From positions 1 through 64,000 of IMG/VR virus record IMGVR_UViG_3300008448_000044: a stretch of DNA of 64,000 nucleotides. One strand, given 5' to 3'. Below are positions 1 to 10,919 of the stretch, in pieces. The number at the start of each line of letters is the position of its first letter. Within the stretch, counting starts at the first letter, position 1. The notes below the pieces were generated by a model. That model ran no database searches and was not told the origin of the DNA. It was given only the letters and a program-made list of their open reading frames with translations. The translations under genes were made by a program, and so were the position numbers. This stretch comes from a virus. Taxonomy: Duplodnaviria > Caudoviricetes.

Positions 1-8
1 TATAAATT

Positions 9-242
9 ATGGAAAATTACAAAGCGGATTATTACAATCCAGAAACATTTGAAAAAACAGAAATCGAAACTAAAATACCTGTTGATTTAGTTAACGAGGT
101 AAAACAAACATTAAGTAATATAGAAGGTTATATGATAACGCCTACTATAATTAACCCAGAAGATAATTCTGTTGTATTTGGTATTATGGATATGAACGAC
201 AGAACACTAAAGTACAAACTATCAATTACACCCAACAATTAA
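9..242 (+). CDS. hypothetical protein
   Basis: 77-aa ORF, ATG after AT-rich leader, co-oriented with following genes. Confidence 0.6.
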   Translation: MENYKADYYNPETFEKTEIETKIPVDLVNEVKQTLSNIEGYMITPTIINPEDNSVVFGIMDMNDRTLKYKLSITPNN

Positions 243-266
243 AGCACCTTTATCAAATTAAAAATT

Positions 267-512
267 ATGAAAAAACCATTTATCTTAGACATTTTGTTAG
301 TTGCGTCACTTGGAATCATATGTGTTGCGGCAATTACATTAACCAATCTTTCAAATCAAAATCGTATTCTCAAAGAAGAAATAAAACATCAAAAAACAAT
401 TAATGAGGATGTTGAATATGAAAATGATGCTTTACAGGACGCTTTAGAAGAAAGAGAAATGGAGGTTAGATATTGGGGGATGAAATACGATTCAATAAAA
501 CAATTACACTAA
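267..512 (+). CDS. hypothetical membrane-anchored coiled-coil protein
   Basis: N-terminal hydrophobic helix followed by charged heptad-like region. Confidence 0.6.
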   Translation: MKKPFILDILLVASLGIICVAAITLTNLSNQNRILKEEIKHQKTINEDVEYENDALQDALEEREMEVRYWGMKYDSIKQLH

Positions 513-514
513 GC

Positions 515-751
515 ATGAAAACAATTAATATAAGGTTTATTAAATACAAAAACAAATACGCCATACAAAGAAAAGGGTGGTTAAGATGGAAGGACATTTA
601 CTATACCATTGATATGGGTTATGGTAGTATAAGTTATGATTACTGTGCTAAAACGAAAGAAGAGTTACTTGAAAGAGTTTTAGAAGAATACTATGGAATA
701 GATAAACGATTTGTTCAAATAATTGAACATCCAACAATAAAAATATATTAA
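515..751 (+). CDS. hypothetical protein
   Basis: ORF; start moved to ATG just after the upstream stop. Confidence 0.55.
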   Translation: MKTINIRFIKYKNKYAIQRKGWLRWKDIYYTIDMGYGSISYDYCAKTKEELLERVLEEYYGIDKRFVQIIEHPTIKIY

Positions 752-754
752 ATT

Positions 755-1177
755 ATGAAAACAAAAGTATATTCGGCATTTCCTGGCGTAGGTAAAACAA
801 CCTATTTCAATACTACGGACAGAAACGTATTAGATAGTGATAGTTCAAAATTTGATAAGAAAAACTTTCCCTCAAATTACATTGAACACATCGAAAGAAA
901 TATTCAAGACCCAAGAGTTGATAAAATTCTGGTATCATCACATAAAGATGTTAGAGACGCTCTTGTTAAAAAAGGGATTCCGTTCGTACTAATTTATCCG
1001 AATAAAGATATTAAAGATGAGTATATCCAACGGTATAAAGACAGAGGAAATAATGACTCCTTTGTTGATTTGTTAGATAAAAATTGGGATAATTGGATAG
1101 AAGAAATGGATAATCAGGAGGGGTGTTACAAAGTGAAGTTAGGGAAAGGACAATACTTAGCTGACGTAATTGATTAA
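755..1177 (+). CDS. small P-loop NTPase / nucleotide-kinase-like protein
   Basis: N-terminal Walker A-like AFPGVGKTT followed by LDSDS. Confidence 0.65.
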   Translation: MKTKVYSAFPGVGKTTYFNTTDRNVLDSDSSKFDKKNFPSNYIEHIERNIQDPRVDKILVSSHKDVRDALVKKGIPFVLIYPNKDIKDEYIQRYKDRGNNDSFVDLLDKNWDNWIEEMDNQEGCYKVKLGKGQYLADVID

Positions 1178-1180
1178 TTT

Positions 1181-2161
1181 ATGAAAAAAAAGAGTTACAT
1201 TAAAAATATACGAGAAATGATTGAAGAGAAAATGCAAAATATCGAAATGACAGATGAATTTCCATTATTAACTTATGAAGAAAAGAAGGATTTAGATATT
1301 CCTTGTAGTTGGAGTAATTTAAAAAATGACGAGTATGCTCCTGCATACGTTACAGTACCTAAAGTACCGTCAGGAGTTTATCAAATCACTTGGAATGGAG
1401 GTCTTGGGACTCATACCTTAAAGAAACAACCATTCAAAACAGATGAGTTGTACCATCTTCCTTCACATGAAATTCAAGATATCTTAAAAGATATAGATAA
1501 CTTTTGGAACAGAGTTAATATCTATAAACAATATAATTTTATCCACAAACGAGGAATCTTGATGTATGGTGAACCAGGATGCGGTAAATCAGGAATTATT
1601 CAGTTAATATCCAAACAAATCATAGAAAAAGACGGTATTGTTATCAACATTAAAGATGAAGATGATGTTGATTACTTTACTTCATTTATCGGGACATTCA
1701 GAAAAATTGAACCTCACAGACCTTTAGTAGTTATTTTAGAAGATTTAGACTCAATTGCGGGAGAAGGAAGACATCAAACTTCAAGACTTTTAAATATTTT
1801 AGATGGTATCAACCAAATCGAGAATGTCGTTTACATCGCCACAACCAACTATCCTGAAAAACTTGAGGAAAGAATTTCAAATAGACCATCAAGATTTGAT
1901 AGACGTTACAAGGTTGAATTACCAAATGATGACATCAGAAGAGCTTATATCAATCACAAACTTAATGAAGAAGATTTAAAAAACATTAACATTGAAGAGT
2001 GGATTGATAAGACTAAAGGGATGTCTCTATCCCATTTAAAAGAAGTAGTTGTTTCTGTTATTGTTATGGGTAGAACTTTTGAAGAAACTATGGAAAATCT
2101 TGAGGGGTTAAAAAAACGGCCAACAATAAAAGGTTCAGGAAAAATGGGGTTTGGGTCATAA
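1181..2161 (+). CDS. AAA+ ATPase (classical AAA clade)
   Basis: Walker A GEPGCGKS, Walker B VILEDLD, SRH motif ATTNYPEKL..RPSRFDR. Confidence 0.85.
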   Translation: MKKKSYIKNIREMIEEKMQNIEMTDEFPLLTYEEKKDLDIPCSWSNLKNDEYAPAYVTVPKVPSGVYQITWNGGLGTHTLKKQPFKTDELYHLPSHEIQDILKDIDNFWNRVNIYKQYNFIHKRGILMYGEPGCGKSGIIQLISKQIIEKDGIVINIKDEDDVDYFTSFIGTFRKIEPHRPLVVILEDLDSIAGEGRHQTSRLLNILDGINQIENVVYIATTNYPEKLEERISNRPSRFDRRYKVELPNDDIRRAYINHKLNEEDLKNINIEEWIDKTKGMSLSHLKEVVVSVIVMGRTFEETMENLEGLKKRPTIKGSGKMGFGS

Positions 2162-2169
2162 TTATTAAT

Positions 2170-2709
2170 ATGAAATTAATGGATATTTTAAAAGAAGCCA
2201 CAGGTCAAAAATTTGAGTATGGTTGTGCCATGCTTTATTTTGACTTTCCTGAAATAAGTAAAATCCATTCAATTATAGACCCTGATGACATTTACTATGA
2301 GGAAGGGGACAGGTCTTTTGGTTTGGAGGATGAACCTCATACAACTTTATTGTTTGGATTACATCACGATGTAAACACTAAAGACGTAAAAAATGTTTTG
2401 GATAAATTTGAATACAGTGATTGTGTAATAGAAAACGCATCATTATTTGAAAACCCTCAGTATGACGTTCTAAAATTTGATGTTAGAGGAAAAAATTTAC
2501 ATGAAACTAATTCAGATTTAAAAGAATATCCTCACACAAGTAATTTCCCTAATTATCATCCACACCTGACTATTGGGTATTTAAAACCTGGTAAAGGAAA
2601 AAAATATGTTGAGAAATTAAAAGGGGTTAAATTTAAATTAAAACCTGAGTATGCGGTTTACTCAAAACCAAGTGGAGACCAAGACGTTATTAAAGTAAAC
2701 GTTAATTAA
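2170..2709 (+). CDS. 2H phosphoesterase, T4 gp57B/Acb1-like (possible anti-CBASS nuclease or RNA cyclic phosphodiesterase)
   Basis: Two HxT motifs (EPHTTLLFG, YHPHLTIGY) ~75 aa apart. Confidence 0.7.
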   Translation: MKLMDILKEATGQKFEYGCAMLYFDFPEISKIHSIIDPDDIYYEEGDRSFGLEDEPHTTLLFGLHHDVNTKDVKNVLDKFEYSDCVIENASLFENPQYDVLKFDVRGKNLHETNSDLKEYPHTSNFPNYHPHLTIGYLKPGKGKKYVEKLKGVKFKLKPEYAVYSKPSGDQDVIKVNVN

Positions 2710-2731
2710 CTCTTAGAGGATATTTATTGTT

Positions 2732-3121
2732 ATGAAAGTATCAGTAATTCATAGAGATTCAAAAATACACCCTAAAAACCATTCTTTAGTGAACAAATTC
2801 ATAGAGTTCCTACAAAGAGAATACCCATTAAAAAACGACATTAAAATTGTTTTTTTGGGTAAAAGAGTTGGTCATATGACTACTGGTAGTAGAACTGAAG
2901 ACAATGAACTCCACGTTCTAACAAAAAAAAGAATTAACAGAGATATCCTAAGAACATTGTCTCACGAATGGATTCATGAATATCAAAGAACTGTCTTGAA
3001 AAGACCTCACGGTCCTGATATCGGTGGAGAAAATGAAGATGAGGCTAACGCAATTTCAGGACAACTTATGAAAATATTTGAAAAAGAAAACCCAAATTGG
3101 GAAGATGCCATGTATGAGTAA
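2732..3121 (+). CDS. putative zincin-like metallopeptidase domain protein
   Basis: LRTLSHEWIHEYQ (HExxH) with downstream EDEAN. Confidence 0.6.
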   Translation: MKVSVIHRDSKIHPKNHSLVNKFIEFLQREYPLKNDIKIVFLGKRVGHMTTGSRTEDNELHVLTKKRINRDILRTLSHEWIHEYQRTVLKRPHGPDIGGENEDEANAISGQLMKIFEKENPNWEDAMYE

Positions 3122-3670
3122 TCATGGCATAACCCAATTGGATTGGTAGTTTTTATTTGTAGAACAAAAAATTGCGTAATTGTTTACGATAGGTTTACCT
3201 GTATTATAACAACCACATACTATTTTCCAGTCCTTGTACTTATCATACAATTTTTTAAGTAATTTAGCACTTATCTCAATATTGAGTTCCATATTTGTTT
3301 TAAGTTCATCTTGAGGAACTTTTTTTCCACAAATCATATTTGCCGTTGAAGGCATTATCTGCATCGGACCTAACGCACCGACACATGAAGTTTTTTCAGG
3401 GTTGTAATCCCAATCAAAAGGCCCTCGATATGTAGTTTCTAAAAATGCAATATTGTAGAAAACATATTTTGGAATTTCATATTGCTCAGAATACTTTTCC
3501 AAATTTTCATACATTTCAATTGGGGTCGGACTTTCAATTTCAAAACTCTTATAAAAATTTGGAGTCGGACTTTCAATACTCTTTTCAAAACCTGATGTTC
3601 TAACAGATGTTACTAAAATAAGCATTCCAACTAATAGTACGGATGTTAATATTGCATTTTTGATTTCCAT
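3122..3670 (-). CDS. lytic transglycosylase (SLT domain) with N-terminal signal/anchor
   Basis: IAFLET catalytic Glu, GALGPMQIMPSTA, CYNTG motifs. Confidence 0.85.
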   Translation of the reverse strand: MEIKNAILTSVLLVGMLILVTSVRTSGFEKSIESPTPNFYKSFEIESPTPIEMYENLEKYSEQYEIPKYVFYNIAFLETTYRGPFDWDYNPEKTSCVGALGPMQIMPSTANMICGKKVPQDELKTNMELNIEISAKLLKKLYDKYKDWKIVCGCYNTGKPIVNNYAIFCSTNKNYQSNWVMP

Positions 3671-3674
3671 AAGA

Positions 3675-4013
3675 TTAAGGATTTTGAGTTTGATTTACGT
3701 TATGTTGTCCCCAAACATTTTTTGCATATAATGAAAATATTGTCTGACCTACAGAATCTTGATAGATTGTGTAGTTTCCTGTTTTATTATCGATAATGAT
3801 TAAATTATTACCTTGGTCGATTGCTAAATTAACTTCCTCTTTTTTAATCATCTCGACTTCAAATTTAGTTGAGGGTTCTTCCCGTGTTAATTTGTCATAG
3901 TAACGTCCGATGAAGAACGAGCTTACACAAGCAACTCCTATAATTGAATAAGTTGTTACATTTTTTAGTACCTGTTTACTTTTTTCCAGTAAAGTTTTTA
4001 ATTTTTCATTCAT
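3675..4013 (-). CDS. hypothetical membrane protein
   Basis: One hydrophobic segment; in operon with SLT gene. Confidence 0.55.
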   Translation of the reverse strand: MNEKLKTLLEKSKQVLKNVTTYSIIGVACVSSFFIGRYYDKLTREEPSTKFEVEMIKKEEVNLAIDQGNNLIIIDNKTGNYTIYQDSVGQTIFSLYAKNVWGQHNVNQTQNP

Positions 4014-4113
4014 AAATTTATATTTTATTAGTTTCTACAAAGTTAAGAAAAAAAAAGTTAACATCAAAAAAAATCCCCCATAAGGAGGATTTAGATAAGA
4101 GTTATTAACAATA

Positions 4114-4542
4114 TTACTCAGCGATTTCAACAATCTCTAAATCAAAAATTAATTTTTTTCCTGCCAATGGGTGGTTCGCATCAATTTTAACAGACTCCTC
4201 CATAATCTCAACAACTTTTACCATAATAGGACCTTGTGGACCGAAACCTTGCAAAACATCTCCTTCTTTAACACCTTCAGGAAGTCTACCTTTTTCAACT
4301 TCAGTTACCATACCCTCAATATAAGGACCGTAGGCATCTTCACTTTCAATTTCAACTGTTTTTTTCTCACCTTCAGACATTCCTAAAAGTCCTGATTCGA
4401 ATCCTTTAATTAGTTGACCTTGACCTAATGTTGCAGTTAGAGGCTCTCTTCCTTCTGTTAATGAAGAATCAAATACAGAACCATCCTCTAAACGACCTGT
4501 ATAGTTAACTTTTACCGTTTTTCCAATTTCAATTTGTTTCAT
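4114..4542 (-). CDS. FKBP-type peptidyl-prolyl isomerase (SlyD/FkpB-like)
   Basis: VNYTGRLEDGSVFDSS, GQGQLIKGFE, DANHPLAGKKLIFD motifs; no His-rich tail. Confidence 0.92.
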   Translation of the reverse strand: MKQIEIGKTVKVNYTGRLEDGSVFDSSLTEGREPLTATLGQGQLIKGFESGLLGMSEGEKKTVEIESEDAYGPYIEGMVTEVEKGRLPEGVKEGDVLQGFGPQGPIMVKVVEIMEESVKIDANHPLAGKKLIFDLEIVEIAE

Positions 4543-4850
4543 ATTTTTTTGTTTTTAAAAAATATAAGTTAAATAACATAAGAATCAATTATTTTTGTGT
4601 TTTAAGAAAAAATATACTAAATTTGAATATTATTAAACTGCTAACAAATATTTACTATTATAAAATCCCATTTAGTTATGACCAACGAAGAACACTTAGA
4701 GGAAATTTTGTTTGTTGCCCATCAAAATAATTTGCATAAACAAATTATTTCTGAAGTAGACGAAATATTATTGTTAGATAAGAATTTAAAGTTTTATGAT
4801 GCGGTATTGAAGGTTTTTTATTCATATGTTAAATCAGGTAACATATCATA

Positions 4851-5126
4851 CTAATTTATTACATCAAAATTAGTATTGACCCTTAATTGAGTTCTGTCTG
4901 AACCTGTAAATTTCCAAGATTCGTTTAACAAAAACATAAGACCATCAAGTTTTACTTCCTCAAGTAAAGATGGGTCACCAATTTTCAGAGTACAATCGAT
5001 TAGATATTCTTTAGTTGTGGTACAAGGTTTTGCGGTGTTAATCTCAACTAAAGTACCTTTACCATATAATAGTTCAAGGTCTTCTTTAAAGACAATGTTA
5101 AGTAATATGGTCAAACAATTCCTCAT
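4851..5126 (-). CDS. hypothetical protein
   Basis: 91-aa ORF with TATTTAT motif upstream. Confidence 0.5.
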   Translation of the reverse strand: MRNCLTILLNIVFKEDLELLYGKGTLVEINTAKPCTTTKEYLIDCTLKIGDPSLLEEVKLDGLMFLLNESWKFTGSDRTQLRVNTNFDVIN

Positions 5127-5211
5127 TTTATATAAATATACGTCAATTTTTTCGGTATGGAATATTTGATTTAATAAATTTTGTTTGATATATTTGTTTA
5201 AAACTTATAGT

Positions 5212-5439
5212 ATGTATTTGAATATTATTTTAACCATTTTAGTTTTAGTATTAATTAGTATTATAACTATTGTAGTATTTTGGTGGAGAAAATTCGGTAA
5301 AGAGCTCTTCAATACGATGATGAATATGAATAAAATTTTACCATCTGATTCTAAAAAAATACCTTTTTCTAAAGACTTAGGAAATATGTTTTCAGAATTA
5401 GATAAGGTGATGGGGCAATTCAAAAACTTAAAAAAATAA
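5212..5439 (+). CDS. small membrane protein
   Basis: Strong hydrophobic N-terminus; TATATTTG promoter-like element upstream. Confidence 0.5.
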   Translation: MYLNIILTILVLVLISIITIVVFWWRKFGKELFNTMMNMNKILPSDSKKIPFSKDLGNMFSELDKVMGQFKNLKK

Positions 5440-5441
5440 AT

Positions 5442-5654
5442 ATGATAATTCAATACTCTTGGGTGTTAAAAGTATTAGATTCGTGTGACACCGAAAAACA
5501 AATTATTACATGTGAAAAACTATTTGAACTTTTCATGAATAAATGGGAGGATGAAATGACAATGGATAAAAATATTGAATTAACCTCTTTGTTTGAAAAA
5601 ATTAAAAAAACAAAAATCTTAACAATTCGAAAAAAACAACTCCTATCACTATAA
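5442..5654 (+). CDS. hypothetical protein
   Basis: 70-aa ORF adjacent to upstream stop. Confidence 0.5.
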   Translation: MIIQYSWVLKVLDSCDTEKQIITCEKLFELFMNKWEDEMTMDKNIELTSLFEKIKKTKILTIRKKQLLSL

Positions 5655-5782
5655 TTTTAATATTTTTTTAAAAAGTAGATATATTTATCTAACACTATCA
5701 CTCTCATCATGAGAGCCTCTATATATAAAAAAGAACCTGTCAAAAATTTGACAGGTTTTTTTATTTTTACTATCTTTGTGGT

Positions 5783-6346
5783 ATGGAAAATATTAAACTA
5801 AACATATTTGAAAAAATATATATTTGGTGGAAATTCGATGCTAAATATATGCACAAGGAATTTGCTCGTGGTGTTAAAAATCTTTGGAGATGGTTTCCCA
5901 CAATTTGGAAGGATAGAGATTGGGACCACCACTTTATTTGGGTTTTAATGATTCAAAAACTTAAATTTCAATCAAAATATATTGGAGATAGAGGTTTTCA
6001 CACTCGTGCAAAAAGAGATGCTGAGATTATGATGACTTGTGTTAGGTTAATGGAGAAGGTGAAGGAAGAGTATTATGGTAGTGAATTTATGGACTATCAC
6101 GAGTCAGACTACAACTGGATTGATTGTGAAAATCCTGAATTTAAACAACTTGATATTGTAGAGAAATGGGAAGATTATGACGCGTATTTTAAAAAGTACC
6201 CTTTAGTATATAAAGCAATTTTAAAACAATATCCTGATGAGGATAAAAAAGGTATTGCGATACGAATGAGTCACGAAAATCATAACCGAGCAAGAAGAAT
6301 ACTTTTTAAATTAATGGAAAATAATATTGAACGTTGGTGGGATTAA
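5783..6346 (+). CDS. hypothetical phage protein
   Basis: 187-aa ORF (WKDRDWD...WWD), TATCTTTG promoter immediately upstream. Confidence 0.7.
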   Translation: MENIKLNIFEKIYIWWKFDAKYMHKEFARGVKNLWRWFPTIWKDRDWDHHFIWVLMIQKLKFQSKYIGDRGFHTRAKRDAEIMMTCVRLMEKVKEEYYGSEFMDYHESDYNWIDCENPEFKQLDIVEKWEDYDAYFKKYPLVYKAILKQYPDEDKKGIAIRMSHENHNRARRILFKLMENNIERWWD

Positions 6347-6463
6347 AAAAAAACATTATATTTGTATATGAAATTTAAATTAGGTTGGGATGTAATCGTA
6401 ATTATATTATGGTTTGCCTTAGTAACAACAGTTGCGTTTATCGTGACATAAAAAAGTAAGAAA

Positions 6464-7153
6464 ATGAAAATAACATTTATTTCTGATACCCATACCAAAC
6501 ATAATCTTATCACTAGTGATTTACCTGGTGGAGATTTGTTGATACATGCTGGAGACATGTCTTCTATGGGTTATAAACACGAGATTGAAAGTTTCTGTAA
6601 GTGGTTTAACAAATTGGATAACTACGAAACAAAAATTTTTATCGCAGGGAATCACGATTGGGGATTCCAAGACCACCCTGCTCAGACAAAAGAAATTTTA
6701 AGTAATTATGGTACAGTAACTTATCTTCAGGATGAACTCCATATGATTGGTGAAAATTATGAAGATATGATTAAAGTTTGGGGTAGTCCGTGGCAACCTG
6801 AATTCTATAATTGGGCGTTTAATCTACCTCGAAATGGGGAAAGTTTGAAATACAAGTGGGATATGATTCCTATGAATACTGATATTCTTATTACTCACGG
6901 ACCTGCTTGGGGATTTGTTGACACTATAATGGGTACTACAACTCACTTGGGGTGTGAATTATTAACTGAAAGAATTAAAACCGTTAAACCAAAAATTCAT
7001 GTTTGTGGTCATATTCATTCAGGTCATGGTTATGTTTTTGATGGTACTACTCATTTCATTAATGCTTCCGTTTTAGGTGAAAGATATACCTACGATAACA
7101 AACCTTTGACTGTTGAGTGGAATCCAAAAACCAACGAGTTAGAGTTTATCTAA
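6464..7153 (+). CDS. calcineurin-like metallophosphoesterase (MPPED/239FB-like)
   Basis: DTH, GD, GNHD, THGP, GHIH motifs. Confidence 0.9.
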   Translation: MKITFISDTHTKHNLITSDLPGGDLLIHAGDMSSMGYKHEIESFCKWFNKLDNYETKIFIAGNHDWGFQDHPAQTKEILSNYGTVTYLQDELHMIGENYEDMIKVWGSPWQPEFYNWAFNLPRNGESLKYKWDMIPMNTDILITHGPAWGFVDTIMGTTTHLGCELLTERIKTVKPKIHVCGHIHSGHGYVFDGTTHFINASVLGERYTYDNKPLTVEWNPKTNELEFI

Positions 7154-7182
7154 AAAAGAAAGGGAAGATTAAACTTCCCTTT

Positions 7183-7602
7183 TTATAATTTTCTAATAGA
7201 AACTATCTCAACACCCTTACCCTTTTTCTTTAAAGTTATCTCATTTTCATTAGGGTATAAAATGTTATTAACAATAGTTTCCTTCATATCAATTAATTTT
7301 TTTGGTGCGTTAACACTAACCAAAAAGTATTTTTCACCTGAACCTGTTAAATAACTGTGTGAGGATATTAAATCTCTTCTACTTGTAGAATAGTGAGACC
7401 CAAGTTCTTCTGTGTTAATATCATCTTTACTATCTACAACTAAAATTCTATAAAGTTTAACAGGGTCTGGTAAATTTTTAACGTATTCAATTAACTCTTC
7501 TAATCTTTCCTCGGCTTCATCTTTATGGATACCCATAACTTGGAAATGTTTCAACATTTCTTTTTTGTTTACCCCTTCAGATAGTATCTCAATAAGTTTC
7601 AT
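7183..7602 (-). CDS. hypothetical protein (probable virion-internal)
   Basis: Starts MKLIEILSE after TATTTAT motif. Confidence 0.6.
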   Translation of the reverse strand: MKLIEILSEGVNKKEMLKHFQVMGIHKDEAEERLEELIEYVKNLPDPVKLYRILVVDSKDDINTEELGSHYSTSRRDLISSHSYLTGSGEKYFLVSVNAPKKLIDMKETIVNNILYPNENEITLKKKGKGVEIVSIRKL

Positions 7603-7618
7603 ACTAATAAATATTAGG

Positions 7619-7798
7619 TTATTTAGAAGTCCCCTTTTTTCTACCTTTAGAAGGTTTATCATTTTTATAAATGATTTCTACTTCATATGGATTAACCATA
7701 CTTTTTTTACTATCATATCTCCAAATAGAAATGTGGTCGTCATCCTCAAAACGTCTCTCCCATTTCTTATGTTCTACGGGTTCTTTCTTTTTCTTCAT
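7619..7798 (-). CDS. small basic hypothetical protein
   Basis: ORF downstream of TACCTTTG promoter-like element. Confidence 0.45.
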   Translation of the reverse strand: MKKKKEPVEHKKWERRFEDDDHISIWRYDSKKSMVNPYEVEIIYKNDKPSKGRKKGTSK

Positions 7799-7859
7799 AG
7801 TGCAAAGGTACAAAAAAAATCAATTTACCGAATACCGATAAAATAGATATTTATAAATA

Positions 7860-8897
7860 ATGAAAATTATTCTTAAAGAAAAACAGATAAAAAAATTAAT
7901 TAAGGAAGACATGGGGGTGTCCAGAATTTGTATTACATATAGTAATATTATTCTGAGCAAATTAACTCCTTTAATTGAAAAACTGATTGAAAAAAAAGAA
8001 AATGGCCGAACTAAACTTATAATATCACTAAAAGAACTTTCAGACGCTTGGCAAACAAATATAGATGAATATGTTGATTTCCCAATTTCAGAAATTAGAA
8101 TTGATTTTTATACACATGTTAAATCGCCAGGACAATTAAACGGTACTTACGCAACAGGAGGGGGTGCTGAACAAATAGAACCTAAGTCTTCAAAATATTC
8201 ATACCTGACTTCACCACCTAAAGAATTACCTAAATATGTTAAAGAACAAATAGACTCAACTTTGGTCGCAAAATTTGATTTTGAATTATATATGACTAAA
8301 GGTTTTGATGAGAGTGAAAAAAATGAGTTAATATTTGACCTTAGAGATACAATTTTACATGAAACTAACCACATGTTAGAGTTTTTTAAGAGGGCTGAAA
8401 CTGGTGCAGGTTATGTAAATGTCGCTTTAGGGTTGTCAGGAGGTAAAAATTATAATGTACCAAGAGACATCTTTGATATATGGCAAGAATTTACGACTAT
8501 GGTTTACTATTCTGAACCACAAGAAATGAGAGCAATGACACAAGAAATGTATAGTGTTAGAGAAAGAGTCCCATTTGAAACATTTAAACAACACAGATAT
8601 TATATAGCGTCAAAAATTATGCAAGAATTCAATGCAGACACTATGTTTGATACTATGGTGGAAAGAATTGAAACGTATAATCCTGATTATTTAGTTAGTA
8701 TATTAACAAGTTTATGGAAATGGTTCATGGAGGATTATTACGCGACCTTGAAAGTTTTAAAACTACAACCAAACCCAAAAATTCAAAATTCAGTTCATGT
8801 GTTACAATTAATGAAAATTTTACAACCAAGAATTAATAATGCTGGTAAAAAATTACAAAGAAATTTTAACAGACTTTATTCAATAGAGACTAACTAA
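7860..8897 (+). CDS. hypothetical protein with HExxH motif
   Basis: ILHETNH; N-terminus MKIILKEKQIKKLIKED. Confidence 0.65.
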   Translation: MKIILKEKQIKKLIKEDMGVSRICITYSNIILSKLTPLIEKLIEKKENGRTKLIISLKELSDAWQTNIDEYVDFPISEIRIDFYTHVKSPGQLNGTYATGGGAEQIEPKSSKYSYLTSPPKELPKYVKEQIDSTLVAKFDFELYMTKGFDESEKNELIFDLRDTILHETNHMLEFFKRAETGAGYVNVALGLSGGKNYNVPRDIFDIWQEFTTMVYYSEPQEMRAMTQEMYSVRERVPFETFKQHRYYIASKIMQEFNADTMFDTMVERIETYNPDYLVSILTSLWKWFMEDYYATLKVLKLQPNPKIQNSVHVLQLMKILQPRINNAGKKLQRNFNRLYSIETN

Positions 8898-9031
8898 AAA
8901 AAGTATTTTTGACAGATAATAAAATTAAAACATGACAATGTGTCATGTTTTTTTGTTTGGTATAGATTTTATAGATTAGGGTCGGACTTGACTCCATAAA
9001 TAAATTTTTTATAATTAAGTAAAAAAAAAAT

Positions 9032-10900
9032 ATGAGTAAAATTATTGGTATTGATTTAGGTACAACAAATTCATGTGTCGCGGTAATGGAAGGTAATGAA
9101 CCTATCGTTATCACAAACAGTGAAGGAAAAAGAACTACACCATCCATCGTTGGGTTTATGAATGGTGGAGAAAGAAAAATTGGTGACCCTGCTAAACGAC
9201 AGTCGGTTACTAACCCAACAAAAACAATTAATTCTATTAAACGTTTCATGGGAACATCATTCGATGAAACTGAAAAAGAATCAAAAAGAGTCCCGTATAA
9301 AATTATAAAAGGTGATAACAACACTCCTAAAGTATCGATTGAGGACAGAGTGTACTCTCCTCAAGAAATCTCTGCAATGGTTCTTCAGAAAATGAAACAA
9401 ACCGCGGAAGATTACTTAGGAACTACTGTTACTGAGGCAGTTATTACAGTTCCTGCATACTTTAACGACGCTCAACGTCAAGCAACCAAAGAAGCGGGTG
9501 AAATTGCGGGTTTAACAGTTAAAAGAATTATTAACGAACCAACTGCAGCTGCTTTGGCATATGGACTTGATAAAAAGTCTAAAGACATGAAAATTGTTGT
9601 ATTTGACTGTGGTGGTGGTACACACGATGTTTCTGTTTTAGACTTAGGTGGAGGGGTTTTTGAAGTACTTTCCACTGATGGTGACACCCATTTAGGTGGT
9701 GATGATTTTGACCAAGTTATTATTAATTGGTTAGTTGATGAATTTAAAGAAGAAAATGGTTTAGATTTATCAAAAGACCCTATGGCATTACAAAGATTAC
9801 GTGAAGCGGCTGAAAAGGCGAAAATTGAACTTTCGTCAACAAATTCTACCGAGATTAATCTCCCTTACATTATGCCTGTTGACGGTGTTCCAAAACACTT
9901 AATCAGAACACTAACAAAATCAAGTTTTGAAAAACTAATCGATGGATTGGTTCAAAGGACTATTGAACCGTGTAAGAGAGCGTTATCAAATTCAAACTTA
10001 ACTATTGGGGAAATTGATGAGATAATCTTAGTTGGAGGAACAACACGTATTCCCGCTATTCAAGAAGCAGTTAAAAAATTCTTTGGTAAAGAACCTTCTA
10101 AGGGTGTTAATCCTGATGAGGTTGTCGCTTTGGGTGCGGCTATTCAGGGAGGTGTGTTAGCAGGAGATGTTAAAGACGTACTTCTTTTGGACGTTACACC
10201 ACTATCACTTGGAATTGAAACTATGGGTGGAGTATTCACTAAGTTAATTGAGGCTAATACAACCATCCCTACTAAAAAATCCCAAGTGTTCTCAACCGCA
10301 GTGGATAATCAACCTTCAGTTGAGATTCATGTTCTACAGGGTGAAAGAACCATGGCAAAAGATAATAGAACGATTGGTCGATTCCATTTGGATGGTATAC
10401 CACCATCAATGAGAGGAATCCCTCAAATTGAAGTTACTTTTGATATTGACGCGAATGGTATTATTAATGTTTCGGCATTAGATAAAGGAACTAATAAGGA
10501 ACAAAAAATTAGGATTGAATCATCTTCAGGATTGTCTAAAGAAGATATTGAAAGGATGAAACAAGAAGCAGAAATGAATGCAGAATCAGACAAAAAGGCT
10601 AAAGAAGATGTAGAAATCCTTAACTCAGGAGACTCAACGGTATTCAGTGTTGAAAAGTCATTAAATGATTTAGGCGATAAGATTACTGAAGACCAAAAGA
10701 ATGAAATTAATGAAACTTTATCAAAGTTGAAAGAATCGGTATCTAAAAAGGATGTTGAATCAGTTAAAACTTTGACAGACGAAATTAATGTTAAGTTTCA
10801 AAAAATTACCCAAGACTTGTACAGTCAAGTAAACGAACAAATGGGGGATATGGAATTTGATGGTTCAGATGTTGAATTTGAAGAAGTAAATTCTAAGTAA
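9032..10900 (+). CDS. dnaK: Hsp70 chaperone DnaK
   Basis: [64 protein letters not shown]; full length 622 aa. Confidence 0.98.
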   Translation: MSKIIGIDLGTTNSCVAVMEGNEPIVITNSEGKRTTPSIVGFMNGGERKIGDPAKRQSVTNPTKTINSIKRFMGTSFDETEKESKRVPYKIIKGDNNTPKVSIEDRVYSPQEISAMVLQKMKQTAEDYLGTTVTEAVITVPAYFNDAQRQATKEAGEIAGLTVKRIINEPTAAALAYGLDKKSKDMKIVVFDCGGGTHDVSVLDLGGGVFEVLSTDGDTHLGGDDFDQVIINWLVDEFKEENGLDLSKDPMALQRLREAAEKAKIELSSTNSTEINLPYIMPVDGVPKHLIRTLTKSSFEKLIDGLVQRTIEPCKRALSNSNLTIGEIDEIILVGGTTRIPAIQEAVKKFFGKEPSKGVNPDEVVALGAAIQGGVLAGDVKDVLLLDVTPLSLGIETMGGVFTKLIEANTTIPTKKSQVFSTAVDNQPSVEIHVLQGERTMAKDNRTIGRFHLDGIPPSMRGIPQIEVTFDIDANGIINVSALDKGTNKEQKIRIESSSGLSKEDIERMKQEAEMNAESDKKAKEDVEILNSGDSTVFSVEKSLNDLGDKITEDQKNEINETLSKLKESVSKKDVESVKTLTDEINVKFQKITQDLYSQVNEQMGDMEFDGSDVEFEEVNSK

Positions 10901-10919
10901 TACAAAGATTTGTAATTTA

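Noticed and set aside
8890-9687. Antisense ORFs inside dnaK (likewise within clpC, the IMPDH-family gene and the 59515 and 61889 genes)
   Set aside because: Shadow frames of well-supported genes on the opposite strand.
9032-10900. Bacterial chromosome origin because of dnaK, clpC, ssrA and mgsA
   Set aside because: Gene context is small hypothetical ORFs, Rnl1/Rnl2 ligases, atypical tRNAs and lysins, with no host operon structure such as grpE/dnaJ.
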